Assembly: GCA_003214115.1 (NCBI GenBank)
Contig: QCMA01000001.1
Location: 22,905 to 86,904, forward strand
DNA from: Prochlorococcus sp. AG-418-I21
Lineage (GTDB): Bacteria > Cyanobacteriota > Cyanobacteriia > PCC-6307 > Cyanobiaceae
Reading direction: 5' to 3'
DNA length: 64,000 nt
In this document: positions 62,832 through 64,000 of the stretch, in pieces
Numbering within the stretch: the first letter of the stretch is position 1
How the letters are laid out: each line of letters opens with the position of its first letter
Notes under the pieces: model-generated
Seen by the model: the letters and a program-made list of their open reading frames with translations, nothing else
Databases searched by the model: none
Told to the model about the DNA's origin: nothing
Translations under genes and position numbers: made by a program

Positions 62832-64000
62832 CTTCTTAGTGATCTAGAACGTTTCAATATAGATAAAACAAATCCAATAGATATAAAATTAGTCACCAAT
62901 GACGTCCGACCATAACTCATAAAAGGAAGGGGAATCCCAGTAACTGGTCCTAATCCAATAGTCATAAATAAGTTAATAATTATTTGAAATAAAAAAGTTG
63001 AGGCTATTCCTATAACAATTAGAGATTCAAAGTTAGTCCTAGCATTTGTTGCAGTATTAATAAGTTTTTTGATCAAAAAAAAGAACATTAATAAAACTAT
63101 CATGCACCCCACGAAACCCAATTCTTCGCCTAAAGCACTGAATATAAAATCAGTATGTTGTTCCGGTATAAATTGCAAATTAGTCAGCTTACCTTGTAGC
63201 AAACCAGTCCCAAATAATCCTCCAGAACCAACTGCAATTTGACTCTGTATCAAATGATATCCGCCACCTAATGGATCTCTATTGGGATCTAAAAATAAAA
63301 CTAATCTATCTTTTTGATATTCTTTTAAGCCATATTGCCACAAAATTGGTGTCAATTTTGCCACTAATAAATGGAACGAAATAGCGAGTGCAGAAAAAAT
63401 AATTTTCTTTTTCGAAGATCTATAAGCAAGATATCCTATAATTGGAATCCAGAAAATAAGAAGAGTTGGTAAGGTCAGATATAAAGTAGAAGTGATAATA
63501 CAAAACACTAATATCAAAATCCACTCTATGGGCATTTGCGACCAGTAAAGCATTACACTTGTCAAAACAAGTAAAACTAAAGAGGTACCTAAATCCGGTT
63601 GAAAGAAAATTAATAGCCAAGGAATAACCACTACTAATAAGGGCAATACTAAATCTCTTATTGTTAAAATTATTTTTTTGTCGAGTACTAAAGCAAGAGT
63701 TAAGACAGTACTAAGTTTAGCTACTTCTGAAGGTTGAAAAGAAAAGATACCAATGTTTAGCCACCTTTGAGCTCCAGAAACTGAAATCCCAAAAAAATAA
63801 ATTAGTAATAAGGATATTAAAGTAAACAAATAAAATGGAACAAAATACTTTCTAAGTCTCTCTAACGGTATATAAGAAATAAAAAATGCTAAAAAATAAC
63901 CAAAAAAACCCGTTAGGATATGGCTTAAATAGTTCGATACTGAGAAATCACCCTGAATACTTTTTATTAATACACCCGAAATAATAACTAAAAATAGGGG
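62828..64000 (-). CDS. rodA: Rod shape-determining SEDS protein, 5'-truncated by the window edge
   Basis: GAQRW, FQPSE..K, QPDLGT, PEQHTDFIFS..GEELG, GIPLPFMSYG; frame stays open to 64000. Confidence 0.93.
   Translation of the reverse strand, partial: PLFLVIISGVLIKSIQGDFSVSNYLSHILTGFFGYFLAFFISYIPLERLRKYFVPFYLFTLISLLLIYFFGISVSGAQRWLNIGIFSFQPSEVAKLSTVLTLALVLDKKIILTIRDLVLPLLVVVIPWLLIFFQPDLGTSLVLLVLTSVMLYWSQMPIEWILILVFCIITSTLYLTLPTLLIFWIPIIGYLAYRSSKKKIIFSALAISFHLLVAKLTPILWQYGLKEYQKDRLVLFLDPNRDPLGGGYHLIQSQIAVGSGGLFGTGLLQGKLTNLQFIPEQHTDFIFSALGEELGFVGCMIVLLMFFFLIKKLINTATNARTNFESLIVIGIASTFLFQIIINLFMTIGLGPVTGIPLPFMSYGRTSLVTNFISIGFVLSILKRSRSLRS

Noticed and set aside
1805-63620. Short antisense or alternate-frame ORFs in the track (e.g. 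1805-2176, 12486-12818, 35712-36146, 40675-40947, 59684-59944)
   Set aside because: They lie within well-supported conserved genes and have no recognisable motifs; treated as shadow ORFs.

Overview
AT-rich cyanobacterial chromosome segment, most likely a high-light-adapted Prochlorococcus (inferred from gene order, low GC, long PsaL and compact spacers). About 60 kb is core genome: 3' part of Fd-GOGAT, lipA, psaL/psaI, psaBA, cbiG-cobJ, alr, prfA, the large rplC-to-rpmE ribosomal protein cluster with secY/adk/rpoA/truA, ndhN, ldpA, recA (with LexA box), tyrA, moeB, cobO, larE, speD, recF, ppc, gshA, trpE, psaD, a sensor kinase and partial rodA, plus tRNA-Ser(GCT), tRNA-Gln(TTG) and tRNA-Arg(CCG). 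One ~4.2 kb accessory islet at the 3' end of tRNA-Ser carries a four-gene sxtI/J/K/L-like cassette: a NodU/CmcH carbamoyltransferase, an SxtJ-like membrane protein, a 53-aa membrane peptide missed by the ORF track, and a membrane-anchored SGNH protein. The peptide ends in FIYSIF, matching the C-terminal FIYxxF tyrosine 'acyl shuttle' motif of DltX/AlgI/PatA systems, which suggests an MBOAT-free carbamoyl relay that modifies a cell-surface polymer (hypothesis). Other points: integrase-arm-like and 10-bp-phased repeats next to tRNA-Ser, recF lacking a canonical start upstream of its Walker A, several apparently catalytically degenerate proteins (resolvase, DinG-like, histidine kinase), a Cys-free L36, and a structured rplC leader.
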